Shown here: one piece after another, positions 63,229 to 64,000 of the stretch
Position numbering within the stretch: position 1 is the stretch's first letter
Layout: the number at the start of each line of letters is the position of its first letter
Source of the DNA: Balanoglossus misakiensis
Taxonomy: Eukaryota > Animalia > Hemichordata
Assembly (NCBI GenBank): GCA_040954595.2
Contig: CM082595.2
Coordinates: 333,690 to 397,689, forward strand
Length of the DNA: 64,000 bases
Direction: 5' to 3'
The notes under the pieces: model-generated
Database searches by the model: none
Told to the model about the DNA's origin: nothing
The model's input: the letters and a program-made list of their open reading frames with translations, nothing else
Translations under genes and position numbers: made by a program

Positions 63229-64000
63229 CCCAGAGTCCTTTGCGGAAGAGTTTGTTCTATTCAAAATGGCGGTGTACGGCTATGTTACTAGCGCCACCAA
63301 CACGTTTACATTTTCCTCACTTTTGTTTATTTGTTAAAAATGTACGACTATCGACTTTATATTGTAATCCATCCCTTCTAACGAAATGGCGAGTGTAAAA
63401 TAAAACTTTTAAGTTGTAAAAACTCTCGGAAAACCCGAAAAATACGGTCTATGGATCGGGCCACGGAACGGCCGCCATTGATCCCAGAGTCCTTTGCGGA
63501 AGACATTGTTCTATTCAAAATGGCGGTGTACGGCTATGTTACTAGCGCCACCAACACGTTTACATTGTCCTCACTTTTGTTTATTTGTTAAAAATGTACG
63601 ACTATCGACTTTATATTGTAATCCATCCCTTCTAACGAAATGGCGAGTGTAAAATAAAACTTTTAAGTTGTAAAAACTCTCGGAAAACCCGAAAAATACG
63701 GTCTATGGATCGGGCCACGGAACGGCCGCCATTGATCCCAGAGTCCTTTGCGGAAGACTTTGTTCTATTCAAAATGGCGGTGTACGGCTATGTTACTAGC
63801 GCCACCAACACGTTTACATTTTCCTCACTTTTGTTTATTTGTTAAAAATGTACGACTATCGACTTTATATTGTAATCCATCCCTTCTAACGAAATGGCGA
63901 GTGTAAAATAAAACTTTTAAGTTGTAAAAACTCTCGGAAAACCCGAAAAATACGGTCTATGGATCGGGCCACGGAACGGCCGCCATTGATCCCAGAGTCC
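63229..64000. repeat. 254-bp tandem repeat (3+ near-identical copies, runs off the right edge)
   Basis: CCCAGAGTCC recurs at 63229, 63483, 63737 and 63991. A degenerate partial unit precedes it (~63150-63228). Confidence 0.96.

Overview
Eukaryotic, intron-rich, AT-rich animal DNA; it looks like a marine invertebrate, but the species cannot be fixed from sequence. It is a gene island between two tandem arrays. The left array is an 87/88-bp satellite (1-~9165) and the right is a 254-bp repeat (63229-end). By hand I reconstructed three intact spliced genes with consistent intron phases: a 7-exon cytosolic sulfotransferase (-, 9641-12255, 296 aa), TTC36 (+, 14032-15358, 187 aa) and a 19-exon CAMTA (-, 19621-61316, ~1510 aa). 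There is also a tRNA-Lys(TTT) gene. CAMTA introns carry an intact Mag-like Ty3/Gypsy element (identical LTRs, 5-bp TSD, tRNA-Ser PBS), several MITEs and a 1.8-kb purine-rich microsatellite. Main leads: (i) a 61-aa double-CxxC uORF overlapping the CAMTA start codon; (ii) a cluster of nuclear-receptor elements (DR1, IR2, IR1, composite ER6/perfect IR3) across the head-to-head SULT/TTC36 locus; (iii) a terminus shared by the satellite and an intronic remnant, suggesting the satellite is transposon-borne; (iv) nascent higher-order structure in the satellite; (v) alternative first and last exons. Everything was read by eye; no database searches or expression data were available.
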